Below are positions 44,139 through 55,003 of a stretch of 64,000 nt of DNA, one piece after another (positions within the stretch are counted from its first letter, which is position 1; each line of letters opens with the position of its first letter). The stretch covers positions 1 to 64,000 of IMG/VR virus record IMGVR_UViG_3300032307_000646; one strand, 5' to 3'. Position numbers and translations under genes: made by a program. This stretch comes from a virus. Under the pieces are notes generated by a model. That model was not told the origin of the DNA. It worked only from the letters and a program-made list of their open reading frames with translations, and made no database searches.

Positions 44139-46037
44139 ATGAAAAATTTATTTTTAACGCTAGTGCTGGCGTTATTAGCCATTACTGGCTATGCACAAAC
44201 AACTGCGCCGTCAGGTGGTAATTGGGTTATCGTTGACTCATCTTACAATGTCGGACCGCAGTCACAAGGTTTCACTTTAGCTAACCTTTATTATGACAAC
44301 ACAACAACGACTAAAATTGCTGGTTTACAGTTCCGTGTATTCTACGACAAAGTGGCTTTCGGTGGTGCAAAACCAACCGTAACCTTGTTATACAGTAGTA
44401 CTGACCAGTATATGCAATATGTTGCAGATTCGGTGAATGGTAACATTACCGTTACGTTAGCTTATACGGGTACCAACAACTCATTCACATATGCTGACGG
44501 TGCGGCGTTCCAGATTAAGTTCTTTCACCAAGCTGCAACCGCTTTCCAAGCTTTAACTAGTATTGATAGTTTGAAGGTTACTGGTACTTTAACGTTCCCT
44601 TCATATGCATCAACAATAGCTGGTATTGATACAACATTATCTTTACATAGTTATGGTGGTGAATTTAAAATGAACAGATTGAAATACCACGGTAGATTTA
44701 CAAACGTAACTGGTTCTGGATCTAAAGATATTACAATTGCTTTAGAGAAAAGACCTAAAACATCAACAGGTGCTTGGACTCAGGTTAAACTTGATACCAC
44801 TGACGTTACGGGTTATTTCGCTTTTGATGAGATCTTAGATACAACTTATTGGGATGCTCACTTATACGTTAAAGGTGATACGATGGCTGTGGGTAACACA
44901 GTATCTGTTGCCGATGCACAAAAGGTTAATAAATTCGTTATAGGTGAAGAAACACCAACAGGTTTTGATTTCTACGCGTCTGACGTAAACGGTTCTTACG
45001 GTATTACAATTGCTGACGTATCAGCTATATACGGTCGCTTAGCGGGTAGATTCTCAGTGTGGCCAAACTCTATTCAGGACGTTAGATTCTTCTCAGCTTC
45101 ACAGTATGCGACAATCAACGGATCTTCAACTAACTATACATCAACTATTGCTGGTGTAACTAACTTAACATTTGATATTATCGCTGGTCAACCTGACTCA
45201 GTAACATTCTACGTATTAGGTGGTGGTGACGCGAACGGTACTGGTTTCCATATGGCTCGTACAATCCCTATTGAAATCTTAAATCCTAGTAAAACTCCTC
45301 AGTATATCATCGATGAGACAGTTGAGTACGATTTCCCTACATCGACAATCGAAATTAATTTACCAAAAATTGAAATCACTGAGGGTAGTTTAGTAAACGT
45401 ACCAATGAAAGTTTTAACACAAGGTGACCAAGTTGGTTCAATTCAATTGGCTTTGGCTTACGATAACACTTTATTGGAGTTTAAAGGTATTAAAACAGAA
45501 CAAAAATTTATGAACTGGATGTCATTCTTAAACCCTAATAACGGTGTTGTTGAATGGGCTGGTGCTGATATGAGTAAAAACGAATATCTGGCTAATAACG
45601 GTGACGCTGTTTTAACATTACAATTTACAGCGTTATCACCACAATCAACCTGGGGTAATAGCGCTTTATATGTTATAAGAAAATACGCTGGAGACGCTTC
45701 CGCAACTGATTTAAGAATAACACCAACAAACGGCGTTGTTAAGATATTCAAAGTAAATGGTGGTGGTACTTTAACAAAGGATTGTGAAATAATCGTTACC
45801 CCTAACCCAACAGATGGTTTAGCTTTTGTAAGCTTTAGTGTACCAGAAGATGGAGAAATTTCGGTTGGGTTTTATGATGCTAGTGGTAAATTAGTGTATA
45901 GTGTTTATAAGGGTAAAATGTATAAAGGTAAATATCTTTATCCAGTTGACTTGACTAACGTAACACCTGGCACATACTATGGTATTCTACAAACAGGATC
46001 TCAAATCAAAACAAATAAAACAATAAAATTAAACTAA
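44139..46037 (+). CDS. exported cohesin/dockerin-like protein with T9SS C-terminal sorting domain
   Basis: signal peptide; AGLQF...YD and SIQL...YD cohesin-like; DVNGS..ITIAD dockerin-like; PNPT...YDASGKLV...GTYY tail. Confidence 0.75.
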   Translation: MKNLFLTLVLALLAITGYAQTTAPSGGNWVIVDSSYNVGPQSQGFTLANLYYDNTTTTKIAGLQFRVFYDKVAFGGAKPTVTLLYSSTDQYMQYVADSVNGNITVTLAYTGTNNSFTYADGAAFQIKFFHQAATAFQALTSIDSLKVTGTLTFPSYASTIAGIDTTLSLHSYGGEFKMNRLKYHGRFTNVTGSGSKDITIALEKRPKTSTGAWTQVKLDTTDVTGYFAFDEILDTTYWDAHLYVKGDTMAVGNTVSVADAQKVNKFVIGEETPTGFDFYASDVNGSYGITIADVSAIYGRLAGRFSVWPNSIQDVRFFSASQYATINGSSTNYTSTIAGVTNLTFDIIAGQPDSVTFYVLGGGDANGTGFHMARTIPIEILNPSKTPQYIIDETVEYDFPTSTIEINLPKIEITEGSLVNVPMKVLTQGDQVGSIQLALAYDNTLLEFKGIKTEQKFMNWMSFLNPNNGVVEWAGADMSKNEYLANNGDAVLTLQFTALSPQSTWGNSALYVIRKYAGDASATDLRITPTNGVVKIFKVNGGGTLTKDCEIIVTPNPTDGLAFVSFSVPEDGEISVGFYDASGKLVYSVYKGKMYKGKYLYPVDLTNVTPGTYYGILQTGSQIKTNKTIKLN

Positions 46038-46048
46038 AATTTAAAACA

Positions 46049-46384
46049 ATGTCAGAAGAAACAAATGTACCTGAATCAGACGGAACGTGGTCAGGTTTAA
46101 AGAAAACGATCATCGGGGTTATCACGACAGCTGTCATGGCTGGTGGTACCTATTTCACAACTACCTTATTTGGTGGTGGTGAGGAAGAGACAAAAACGGA
46201 ACAAGCGGCCCCAGCTGCACAACCCGCGATTAACATAAGTGTTGACAACTCTTCTAAAAATAACGCAGCTGCTGGTGGTACTAATACCATCATCAAAGAA
46301 AAAACAACTGTTGTTGAAAAAGCGGCGCCTGTTAAAGAGGAAAAACCAGCTAAAAAATCAGAAACTGAAGATAGTCCTTGGTAA
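46049..46384 (+). CDS. single-TM protein
   Basis: TM helix and low-complexity tail. Confidence 0.7.
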   Translation: MSEETNVPESDGTWSGLKKTIIGVITTAVMAGGTYFTTTLFGGGEEETKTEQAAPAAQPAINISVDNSSKNNAAAGGTNTIIKEKTTVVEKAAPVKEEKPAKKSETEDSPW

Positions 46385-46425
46385 TGAAAAAAGAAATAAA
46401 AATAAAAAAAGAGAAAAAGAATAGT

Positions 46426-46782
46426 ATGAAAATTAAAGAAACATTAAAAAGTTTTACTAGCGCACCTGCGCCTGTACAAGTTGAGGATAAAAACAGATTT
46501 TATTACATGTTGCAACAAATGCAAGCTAATAGATGGAGAATAACTGGAATCGTATTATTCCTATTCTTTTTCATCGTAGCTGGTATCAATTCAGCTGTAT
46601 TTTTTGGGGTATCGATCGGTGAGGATTGGAAAGAAATGTTATTAATCTTATTAGGTGCCTTTGTTGGTAACTTAAATAAGGTTGTTGATTACTGGTTTAA
46701 TTCAGAAGATCGCGATAAAATGTTAATCCAAAAAGTTGATGAGGAAGATGGTGTTTCTTTATCAAATACAACAGAAGTTTAA
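46426..46782 (+). CDS. two-TM membrane protein
   Basis: two TM helices, VVDYWF; start uncertain. Confidence 0.65.
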   Translation: MKIKETLKSFTSAPAPVQVEDKNRFYYMLQQMQANRWRITGIVLFLFFFIVAGINSAVFFGVSIGEDWKEMLLILLGAFVGNLNKVVDYWFNSEDRDKMLIQKVDEEDGVSLSNTTEV

Positions 46783-46783
46783 A

Positions 46784-47509
46784 ATGAAAAGATTATTATT
46801 CATATTATTGTTAATTGGTTGTTCTTGTGTTTACGCACAGGGACAACCAGTTACTATTGGTAGTGTTAAAACTGAGGAGTATAAAGCTAGTTTTGAGCAA
46901 ACGCAATCTATCGATGTTGTGTCAAACTACACTGATACAATCAAATACCCGATCCAATTACTAAAGATTGGTTTCACTGAGGAGCTTTATGAGATGTACC
47001 CTGAATTAAAAGATAAAAGGGTTGGTCTTGGTGTTACTAATATTGTTATTGAGTTTCTTGAAATGACAAACCGTTTTGAGTTTACTGAAGACAAATTAGA
47101 GATTAAAGAGCGAATGGTTAACCAATTTAAAGCCTCTGACAAAGGTTTTACCGAAAATAAAATGGATGGTAGAGGTAAAGTTAAATTAGCAAAATACTTT
47201 GTCTACATCGAAGTTTATGATTTTAGCGTATCTGAGGACGAGGTAGTTAAAGTTTCTGGTAAAGCAACAGCAACCCAAACGACTAGATTAGGGTTACAAG
47301 TTAAATTTGTTGACGCTGAGACTGGTGAAATTATGGTTGGTAGTGGGCTTGGTGAGGCCAAGACAGTTAAAATGTCCACGATACTTGATGATGTTGATGA
47401 AATTAAATTTAATCAGTCAACCATCGGTACATCAACAAAAAAAGCTTTAGAAACAGCATCATCAAGAGTTGTCTCTAAAATGATTAAAAAAGGTTTGTTC
47501 AAGAACTAA
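46784..47509 (+). CDS. CsgG/HfaB-family protein
   Basis: signal peptide; LGV.NI..E.L..TNRF, RLGLQVKFVDAETGEI..GSG.G motifs. Confidence 0.7.
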   Translation: MKRLLFILLLIGCSCVYAQGQPVTIGSVKTEEYKASFEQTQSIDVVSNYTDTIKYPIQLLKIGFTEELYEMYPELKDKRVGLGVTNIVIEFLEMTNRFEFTEDKLEIKERMVNQFKASDKGFTENKMDGRGKVKLAKYFVYIEVYDFSVSEDEVVKVSGKATATQTTRLGLQVKFVDAETGEIMVGSGLGEAKTVKMSTILDDVDEIKFNQSTIGTSTKKALETASSRVVSKMIKKGLFKN

Positions 47510-47516
47510 AACGTGC

Positions 47517-49049
47517 GTGAATTTAAAAATAACGATATTATCATTTTTCCTCTTACTATCGGGAATAGTAAGTGCACAGTCGTTTAATTATTCGTACACT
47601 GACCCTTGTAATGGGAAAGTTTACAATTTATCAATCCCTTATGGGCAAAATCAAATAGCTGTAACGTACTACGGTCAAGTAGGTACGTTTACGGCTAATG
47701 ATTTTAATAATGGTGTGTTCGACAACTGGGCAGCTGGTGTTTTTAATCAATTCCAAAATGCTTCACCGTGTGGTAGTATTGGTACGACCGTTACCGTATC
47801 ACAAACCCAAAGCACAGCTTTAAACGTAGTTAGTATATTTGGGGCCTTATCGGCTATTAGTGATATGGCATCTAGTGGTACTGGTAATATAATGGCGGCT
47901 GCTGGTTCTGTTAGTAATGTTAGCGGGGGTAGCGGTGGTAATAAAGATGATAAAGATAATAAAAACTCCTCTGGTGGTGGTTCTCAGGGACAATCTCAAG
48001 GACAAAGTGTCTCTGGCGGAACAAACCAATCTGGCGGGGGTTCTCAAGGACAAACACAATCTAATGGGAATAATTCAAATGGATCCAGTTCATCTGGTAC
48101 TACTACTGGAAATAATAATAATGGCGGTGGTAGTTCGGAAACTACTTCTGGTACAACCGCAAATACTGGGGGTTCTACAGGATCTGGTGAAACGGGTGGA
48201 ACAGGTAGCACCAACACTGGTGGTGGTTCTACTGGTGGTTCAGGTGGTACCACCACAAGCTCTACAGGGTCTGGCGGATCTGGCGGGAATGGTTCAACAA
48301 ATAATCAAACACAAACTACCGAAGAAAAAAAATCAGACGCCATAGGTGGTACAACAAACGCCGTAAAAAGTGGTAGCGGTAGTGGTAACGGTAAAGGGTC
48401 GGCGACTAGTAAAAACGGTGGGAGACCATCAATACTTATGAGCAGTGACCTGGTAGGTTTTCAATTCAATGAAGGGGAAGTTAGTAAAGGTTCAAAAGTT
48501 AACGCTGGTTATTCGTCTGTAAGATATGATGGTTTAAGATCACATGGTGTTATGGTTGATTACACATCGTCAATACAAGGTGGTAATATTACTGGTTATT
48601 ACGCTTGGATAAACCCCAAAGCTATTACATTACTTTCCAATACAGTAACAATTGGTTTTGCTGGTAGCGGATCAATTTATAACACTGTCGCTTTTGGGCA
48701 GATGAGGAGTATTAAAAAGTTTAAAGCTGTTTATATGCTTACAGCTTCAGGTGGTCAAATTTATAAAGAACCTTATTATGGTTCAGCCGCGATTGTGGGC
48801 GGTAATAGGGATTTTAAAGTGGGTAAGCGTCTTGATATTAAAACAATGGCTTTATTTGTTTACGCACCATTTGTTAGATACTACGATGATGCGGTTTTAA
48901 AATCACCGTTTGTTATCTTACCAATTGTTGGGGTGAATCTAGGCGTTACAAAAACATTTAAATTAAACTTCAATTTTGGTGGGGCATATTCTATAGGGGA
49001 TAATGTATTAAACTATACGGTAATGATGGGTACTAGATTAGCGTTATGA
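47517..49049 (+). CDS. exported protein with Gly/Ser/Thr linker and C-terminal beta-barrel-like domain
   Basis: signal peptide, low-complexity middle, alternating-residue strands. Confidence 0.7.
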   Translation: MNLKITILSFFLLLSGIVSAQSFNYSYTDPCNGKVYNLSIPYGQNQIAVTYYGQVGTFTANDFNNGVFDNWAAGVFNQFQNASPCGSIGTTVTVSQTQSTALNVVSIFGALSAISDMASSGTGNIMAAAGSVSNVSGGSGGNKDDKDNKNSSGGGSQGQSQGQSVSGGTNQSGGGSQGQTQSNGNNSNGSSSSGTTTGNNNNGGGSSETTSGTTANTGGSTGSGETGGTGSTNTGGGSTGGSGGTTTSSTGSGGSGGNGSTNNQTQTTEEKKSDAIGGTTNAVKSGSGSGNGKGSATSKNGGRPSILMSSDLVGFQFNEGEVSKGSKVNAGYSSVRYDGLRSHGVMVDYTSSIQGGNITGYYAWINPKAITLLSNTVTIGFAGSGSIYNTVAFGQMRSIKKFKAVYMLTASGGQIYKEPYYGSAAIVGGNRDFKVGKRLDIKTMALFVYAPFVRYYDDAVLKSPFVILPIVGVNLGVTKTFKLNFNFGGAYSIGDNVLNYTVMMGTRLAL

Positions 49050-51328
49050 TGAAAAGGTTTTTTTTATTCTTGGTTATTATTTTTAGTGTGGTAAAATTAA
49101 ACGCACAGGCGACTTCTATTACATTGGGTGGTACAACGTCTAGTTTATCGGTCTCATATAATACAGCCACTGTGGTTGACCCCAATCTAACGATAACCGC
49201 TAACGGTAACATAACTGGTTTTAGGGTACAAATATCACAAACATACACATCTGGGGATGTATTAACTTATACAGGGACTTTACCGACTGGTGTAACAGCG
49301 AGTTGGAACTCAACAACAGGTATATTAAGTTTTAATGGTACGACAACAGCGGCTAATTGGCAAACTCTCTTAAGAACGGTAACTTTTAAATCAACAACGA
49401 CAACCTGTTACGCTAATTTAAGAAGGGTTACTTTTGTTGCGGGTACAGTTTTTTATAACCCATTAACAGAGCATTTTTATGAGTATGTTGCGTCATCTGG
49501 GTCTTGGACAAGCGCTAAAAGCTCAGCTGAAAATCGTTCATATTTTGGTAGGGTTGGTTATTTAGCGACAATGTCATCTGAGGCGGAGAATAATTTTATC
49601 TGGAAATTAATGTCTTCAGATGGTTGGTTTGGTGGTTCGGATGAGGTTTCACAAGTTAACACGGCAAAAGGTACAACAGCTTTCGCGTCACAAGCGGCGG
49701 TGGAGCAAAAATGGCATTGGGTGACTGGTCCTGAGAAAGGGACGCAGTTTTCTAATGGCAGCACGGCGGTTACGGGCCAATACTCAAAGTGGGCTGGTGG
49801 TGAACCAAACAATGCGGGTGGTGAACATTATGCACAATTCTATTCAGCGAACAGCGGTTCATGGAATGACTTACCAAATACAAATTTACCTGGTTATATT
49901 TGTGAATACGGTGATATGCCTGGTGATTTAACATCCAGTGTAACAATATTCACAAGACAAATTAATGTCGGTAATGGATCAACTGGCACAATTAGCGGGG
50001 GTAATATAAACGTTTGTTCTGGCTCAAATAGCACGGTGTTAACTTTAAGTGGTATGACTGGTAGTGTTGTTAGATGGGAATCATCTTTCGATAACTTCTT
50101 TACAGCTGGTACAACAATATCTAGCACATCAAGTAGTATAACAATATCAAACATAACTAAAACAACTTATTACAGAGCAATCGTTAACTCAAGCAGTCCA
50201 GTAACTTGCTCATCATTAGCTTCTTCTAGTGTATTTTTATCAGTTAAACCAACTAATTCTGGTACCGTATTTGCGGCAAACAATACTATATGTGCTGGTG
50301 GTGTTGTTGAGTTAACCTTATCTGGCCAACAAGGTAATATTAATAAATGGCAAAGATCTACAAATAACGTTAACTGGACCGACATCAGTAATACAACCGC
50401 ATCTTTAACAGAAACAATATCATCCGCTGGGACATATTATTATCGAGTTGAGGTTCAGACACCCAATTGTGGTAGTGCGGTTTATTCTACTAGTAAGATT
50501 ATTAGTGTTATAACAGGTACCCCACCCACAGGTGGTTCTGTATCATCAGCGGTACATACTAGCACAACTAATTCAGGTACACTAACATTAAGCGGGTATA
50601 CAGGTACAATAGTTAAATGGCAAAGATCGATAAATAGCGGTGTTACTTGGACCGATATTGTAAATACCGCGGCAACCTACACATACAGTAATCAGACTGA
50701 CGCAACTTTATTTAGAGCCCAACTACAAAGCGGTACATGTGGTTACACATATTCAAATGCTGGTGTTATAATTGTAAACCCATTTGCGTATTCTGGTTAT
50801 GTATATAATGCTGAAAATACTGGTGTATCTGGTATATCTGTAAAACTATACTATAAGGTTAAAACCCAAACAACCTACACATTATATGGGACGTATACAA
50901 CAGATGCTAACGGAAAATATACGATAACAACAAATGAAAGCGTTAACCTTAATGATTTTAGGTTGGTTGCTGGTGAAAATACTAGTGTTTTATTACCTAG
51001 TACGACCGATGCCCAGTTTTTTAACCAAAAATTACTAACACAATCCTTCAACGCTAAAGATTATTACAGAATGGACGTAAATGGAAACGATATTTTAACT
51101 ATAACGGATATCGTTTTAGTATTCCAAAGAAACAACAACATATTACCAAGTTGGTTAAATTCAACACCGAATTATAGATTATTTACATCCGCGCAGTGGT
51201 CAGTAATCAACGGATCAAATAGTAATCTAAAAACAACCTATACTGGGGCTCAGTCACTTATGGTTGATAATTTAACCCATAACGGGACTTCAAATTTTTA
51301 TATAATAAAAACAGGTTATAAACAATAA
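49046..51328 (+). CDS. exported adhesin-like protein (C-type lectin + Ig-like repeats + dockerin-like)
   Basis: HFYEYV, GYLAT..SEAEN, W..GEPNN, WNDL, GYICEY; WQRS repeats; DVNGND.LTITD. Confidence 0.8.
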   Translation: MMKRFFLFLVIIFSVVKLNAQATSITLGGTTSSLSVSYNTATVVDPNLTITANGNITGFRVQISQTYTSGDVLTYTGTLPTGVTASWNSTTGILSFNGTTTAANWQTLLRTVTFKSTTTTCYANLRRVTFVAGTVFYNPLTEHFYEYVASSGSWTSAKSSAENRSYFGRVGYLATMSSEAENNFIWKLMSSDGWFGGSDEVSQVNTAKGTTAFASQAAVEQKWHWVTGPEKGTQFSNGSTAVTGQYSKWAGGEPNNAGGEHYAQFYSANSGSWNDLPNTNLPGYICEYGDMPGDLTSSVTIFTRQINVGNGSTGTISGGNINVCSGSNSTVLTLSGMTGSVVRWESSFDNFFTAGTTISSTSSSITISNITKTTYYRAIVNSSSPVTCSSLASSSVFLSVKPTNSGTVFAANNTICAGGVVELTLSGQQGNINKWQRSTNNVNWTDISNTTASLTETISSAGTYYYRVEVQTPNCGSAVYSTSKIISVITGTPPTGGSVSSAVHTSTTNSGTLTLSGYTGTIVKWQRSINSGVTWTDIVNTAATYTYSNQTDATLFRAQLQSGTCGYTYSNAGVIIVNPFAYSGYVYNAENTGVSGISVKLYYKVKTQTTYTLYGTYTTDANGKYTITTNESVNLNDFRLVAGENTSVLLPSTTDAQFFNQKLLTQSFNAKDYYRMDVNGNDILTITDIVLVFQRNNNILPSWLNSTPNYRLFTSAQWSVINGSNSNLKTTYTGAQSLMVDNLTHNGTSNFYIIKTGYKQ

Positions 51329-51332
51329 AATT

Positions 51333-51791
51333 ATGAAACAGTTTATTTTAGCGCTCATATTTGTACTAATAGTACCAGTATCAGCTTTTTCTCAAACTTG
51401 TGTTAAGGTAGATTCAGTTTACAGCACAATGAAAATAAAAGAATTTAAAGATAGGAACATTCTATTCGGTGTTAAACAAATCACCGAAGAGGTTCTATCT
51501 GAAAAATACTCCTTATGTGAACAAAACGCGATACCAGTTATGGTTGAGATCACCAGAGTTGGTACACCATCAAGTAGTTTTAGAATCGCTGGTGTTGGGG
51601 CGGCCACAGAGACAACGCAAATATTATTAAAAGTTCATTTTGGTGACACTATTGTTGATGGTATTGGTGAGTCGGCAACAACAGCTAGCTACGCCTTTAT
51701 CGAACTGAAGGAAGGTAAGGTACCGTTTAGTAAATCATCAATAGGTATCGCAATGAAAAAAGCTATAATTGACGCGGTAAATAAATTATAA
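51333..51791 (+). CDS. exported protein (CsgG-accessory-like)
   Basis: signal peptide; C-terminal helix resembles that of the CsgG-like gene. Confidence 0.65.
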   Translation: MKQFILALIFVLIVPVSAFSQTCVKVDSVYSTMKIKEFKDRNILFGVKQITEEVLSEKYSLCEQNAIPVMVEITRVGTPSSSFRIAGVGAATETTQILLKVHFGDTIVDGIGESATTASYAFIELKEGKVPFSKSSIGIAMKKAIIDAVNKL

Positions 51792-51792
51792 T

Positions 51793-52530
51793 ATGAAGTA
51801 TTTTGTAACAATAGTATTGATGTGCTTATTTGGCCATTTAGAGGCTCAAATAAAGAGTTTTGACCTTGGTGGGGTGCTACTCACTGGAAACAACAAAAAC
51901 GTCCAAATAACGTCTAAAATGAGCTATGAATTAAATAATAAAAAAAAGGACATTGGTGTTAGTTTAAACCCCTATTATTTTCTATTTTATGGTCAAAAAA
52001 ATAACGATTTTATTAAACAATCGGAAGATGCTAGATTAAATGTGTTTTCTTGGAAAGAGATTAAAAATGGTTATAGCGCAATACTATTCTCAACTGTAGA
52101 ACATTCTTTAGTTAAAGAATTAAATTTGGGTGTTTCTGGTGGGTTAGGTCTTAAAAAATCTTTTAAAGGAAGTAAATTAACAGGTAGCGTTTCACTAGCT
52201 TATGTTTATGATAGGTCTGAGATAACTAAAATTTGGTTGGGTAGTAAGCGCGTATCTTATAGACATCAATTAAAATACAAGGTTAAGGATGTCACAATTG
52301 AGAATAACGTTTTGATGCAACCAGCGGTCGCATCAACAAACGATCTAATATGGGCTAGAAACACTGTGGGTAATTACAATTTATCTGTAACTAAATCCAT
52401 AGCTAAAACAACATCAATAGGTTTTATATATGAGGGTTATCTATCTACAATCAGTACGGAGTTTAATCAAAATATAAAACCGTTAGATCAAAGATTTAGT
52501 CTCATATTCAAATATTCTATCCCTAATTAA
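51793..52530 (+). CDS. outer-membrane beta-barrel protein (DUF481-like)
   Basis: signal peptide, TGN near N-terminus, amphipathic strands. Confidence 0.6.
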   Translation: MKYFVTIVLMCLFGHLEAQIKSFDLGGVLLTGNNKNVQITSKMSYELNNKKKDIGVSLNPYYFLFYGQKNNDFIKQSEDARLNVFSWKEIKNGYSAILFSTVEHSLVKELNLGVSGGLGLKKSFKGSKLTGSVSLAYVYDRSEITKIWLGSKRVSYRHQLKYKVKDVTIENNVLMQPAVASTNDLIWARNTVGNYNLSVTKSIAKTTSIGFIYEGYLSTISTEFNQNIKPLDQRFSLIFKYSIPN

Positions 52531-52746
52531 TTCAAACTCTTCATTTAAAAATAAATCGTATATTTCTTTTGAGAATTCATCGCTAAAAAAATATACATCT
52601 ATTTTATCTGTGAATAAATTATTCAGGTTATCTTTATATATTAAAATTTTACGATAATCAACAAATCTTTTATTAAAACTCATACTCCCTATAATAATAA
52701 AAAAGGCCTGGTAAAAACCAAGCCTTTTAATTAATTTTAATCAATA

Positions 52747-53010
52747 TTAGATTGAAACTTCAGTGCCGTCTAAGAAAAGACAACCAACTGTTTTGATTGC
52801 GTTTTTAGCTTCAGCAACAGTTGAAACTTCCGAACCGTTAATTGTTGAACCTATCGGTAACAAACCATCCTCATCAGAAGCTCCGAAGAAAAGTATTTGA
52901 TTATCTAAGACCGCAGCTGCGATATAACCAGCTTCAGGTACCATTAAATCACCCTCAAGTTCACCTGTTGCAATAACAGCTTTTCCGTTTAAATTTTTTA
53001 CAAATGCCAT
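52747..53010 (-). CDS. hypothetical protein
   Basis: 87-aa ORF followed by terminator-like hairpin. Confidence 0.7.
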   Translation of the reverse strand: MAFVKNLNGKAVIATGELEGDLMVPEAGYIAAAVLDNQILFFGASDEDGLLPIGSTINGSEVSTVAEAKNAIKTVGCLFLDGTEVSI

Positions 53011-53039
53011 TTTTTTTTTAATTTAATTTTTTAATTTTA

Positions 53040-53636
53040 TTATTTTATATCACTAGATTCTATTAGTGTGTAAGTGAAACCATTACCGTGTATTTTTGAA
53101 GCCTTTCTACAGATTGCCATAAATTCTTCAAAATCAGCGGCTTTCTTAAATACTTGACATCCTTCTGACCAGTTTTCAACATAAGTTGAATCAGCACCAG
53201 CTTTGTGAATGTTAATACCGAAAATACCTTCAGCGATTTTATTCTCGTCATACTCCATATCTTTGTCAGCATCACGATAAACTTTAACTGGTTTAGCTTG
53301 TTTAAGGGCTTCGTATTTACCTTGGTGTAATCCTAACGCGTGAGACCCTCTATATTGACCTTCAACCAATCTAGCAACGCCAGCTGCGTTATGATATTCC
53401 ATAACACCTTTTTTACCTGGATCTGTTGTAGCGGGCCAGATGTGGAATTTCTCCTCACCATTTTCTTTGTAAGAAACCGTAATATGGTCATCGAATACGT
53501 TTGTAACTTTTTGACCCGTACTTGAATTTCTAACACCTACAATGTTAACATCGTAACCTTTATTGTTCTCATCTTCAAACCACGCGTAACCTTTACTTTT
53601 AACCGCGGTTTCTATTTGCTCTCTTGTGTAACTCAT
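53040..53636 (-). CDS. putative peptidoglycan peptidase (L,D-transpeptidase-like)
   Basis: ATTDPG, GINIH, WSEGCQV (His/Cys) motifs; in lysis cluster. Confidence 0.6.
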   Translation of the reverse strand: MSYTREQIETAVKSKGYAWFEDENNKGYDVNIVGVRNSSTGQKVTNVFDDHITVSYKENGEEKFHIWPATTDPGKKGVMEYHNAAGVARLVEGQYRGSHALGLHQGKYEALKQAKPVKVYRDADKDMEYDENKIAEGIFGINIHKAGADSTYVENWSEGCQVFKKAADFEEFMAICRKASKIHGNGFTYTLIESSDIK

Positions 53637-53666
53637 TTTTTTTTGTTTTGATTTAAATTTTTATTA

Positions 53667-53906
53667 TTAATATCTTGGGGGGTAAACACCTTCCACGCAG
53701 ATCATGTAGTGCATTCCATCAGGTGCTTTATCTTTTAAATCTGGTATTTCAAATGTTGTAACACCATCACCGCCGTATGTAGTACCTAATATACTAAAAA
53801 GCGCCTCATTACCTCTGATTGGTAACTTTCTACCATCGCAAAACATAAATCCTCTAACTTCGTAATAGCCAGCGAATAGTTTTACCATACCTATAATTTC
53901 GTCCAT
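53667..53906 (-). CDS. phage tail-collar domain protein
   Basis: IG.VKLFAG, CDGR.L, ALFSILGTTYGGDG..TF.IPDL. Confidence 0.85.
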   Translation of the reverse strand: MDEIIGMVKLFAGYYEVRGFMFCDGRKLPIRGNEALFSILGTTYGGDGVTTFEIPDLKDKAPDGMHYMICVEGVYPPRY

Positions 53907-53917
53907 AATTTTTTTAT

Positions 53918-54745
53918 TTATTTTAATAGATTATAATATTCTTTAAAATGTTTGATTCTATCTGCTAAACCGATTGTACCACCATTAACTCTTTTTGTAA
54001 CAGCTGTCACAGTTGCATCATCAGCACCTTTATCGCATATAGACCAAAGTTTATTTGAATCAAAGAAAAACGCCGCTGAAGCTAAGGGGTATTTAGTTGC
54101 AACTAAGTCTGGGTTTTCAACGATATTTTCTTCAACCATTTTATCAAATGATGTGTAATTAGCCTTACCAGTTAATTGGATGTAACCGCGGCCTCTAAAT
54201 TTAAAACCTTCTCCAGAAGCTTCGTCACCATTACCCATACGAGATGAATAAACACGGTTAGCGATTTTTTCTGGCTGGCGAGAATAAGACTCATTTAAAT
54301 TACCAGGGAAATATTTAGGGAAAATTTTCTTAAGACCATCAGCGCTGTAATTTAAATTCTCACTAACAGCTTTAAAACCACCAGATTCGTGACCACATTG
54401 TGCCAAGAAATGTGCTAGTCTTAATACGTTTGTAATGTTGAATTTAGCGGCTGTGTCGGGAATCTGAGCGATAACCGCATCAGGGATGTGACCTTTTAAT
54501 GCTTCTAGTTTAAAACTAGATGGCGGGATAGCTACTGGAGCAGCAGCAGGTGCAGCACCTTCGTTTAGACCCATCTTAGCCCAAGTCGCATCACCAACGA
54601 TACCGTCAGCTGTTAAACCATTAGCTGTTTGCCATTCTTTAACTAATTTTTCTGTACCTGGACCGAAAGAACCATCGGCGGTAGTACCCAATTTTGCTTG
54701 GAGTTTTTTTACGTCATCTCCTTTTGAACCTACTTTTAATAACAT
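53918..54745 (-). CDS. endolysin: peptidoglycan-binding domain + GH19 glycoside hydrolase
   Basis: DG.FGPGT..WQ...L.ADGIVG; HFLAQ..HESG, FRGRGYIQLTG, VNGG..G..DR. Confidence 0.9.
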   Translation of the reverse strand: MLLKVGSKGDDVKKLQAKLGTTADGSFGPGTEKLVKEWQTANGLTADGIVGDATWAKMGLNEGAAPAAAPVAIPPSSFKLEALKGHIPDAVIAQIPDTAAKFNITNVLRLAHFLAQCGHESGGFKAVSENLNYSADGLKKIFPKYFPGNLNESYSRQPEKIANRVYSSRMGNGDEASGEGFKFRGRGYIQLTGKANYTSFDKMVEENIVENPDLVATKYPLASAAFFFDSNKLWSICDKGADDATVTAVTKRVNGGTIGLADRIKHFKEYYNLLK

Positions 54746-54770
54746 GTTTTGCTTTTAATTTTTTGATTTA

Positions 54771-54926
54771 TTATTCTTTTTCTACAGTAAATAGTCTTAA
54801 AAAGTCTTTAAGTCCTAAATTTTTAATTTTAGCAAAATGTTTTGCCGCGTTTAATCTTGAGCTGTATAATGACGTTCTGCCAATAGCTTCTTTTGTTTTA
54901 TCGGATTTGCTATAAAAAATGATCAT
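54771..54926 (-). CDS. small hypothetical protein (51 aa)
   Basis: read by hand; TATTTATT upstream. Confidence 0.5.
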   Translation of the reverse strand: MIIFYSKSDKTKEAIGRTSLYSSRLNAAKHFAKIKNLGLKDFLRLFTVEKE

Positions 54927-55003
54927 AACTTGGTTTTAATAATAAATATTATGATTATAGGATAATTTTTGTGAATATCAAGATATTTATCTAAAAACAT
55001 ATT

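Noticed and set aside
47900-48420. Tandem DNA repeat
   Set aside because: Low-complexity Gly/Ser/Thr linker coding with no regular unit.
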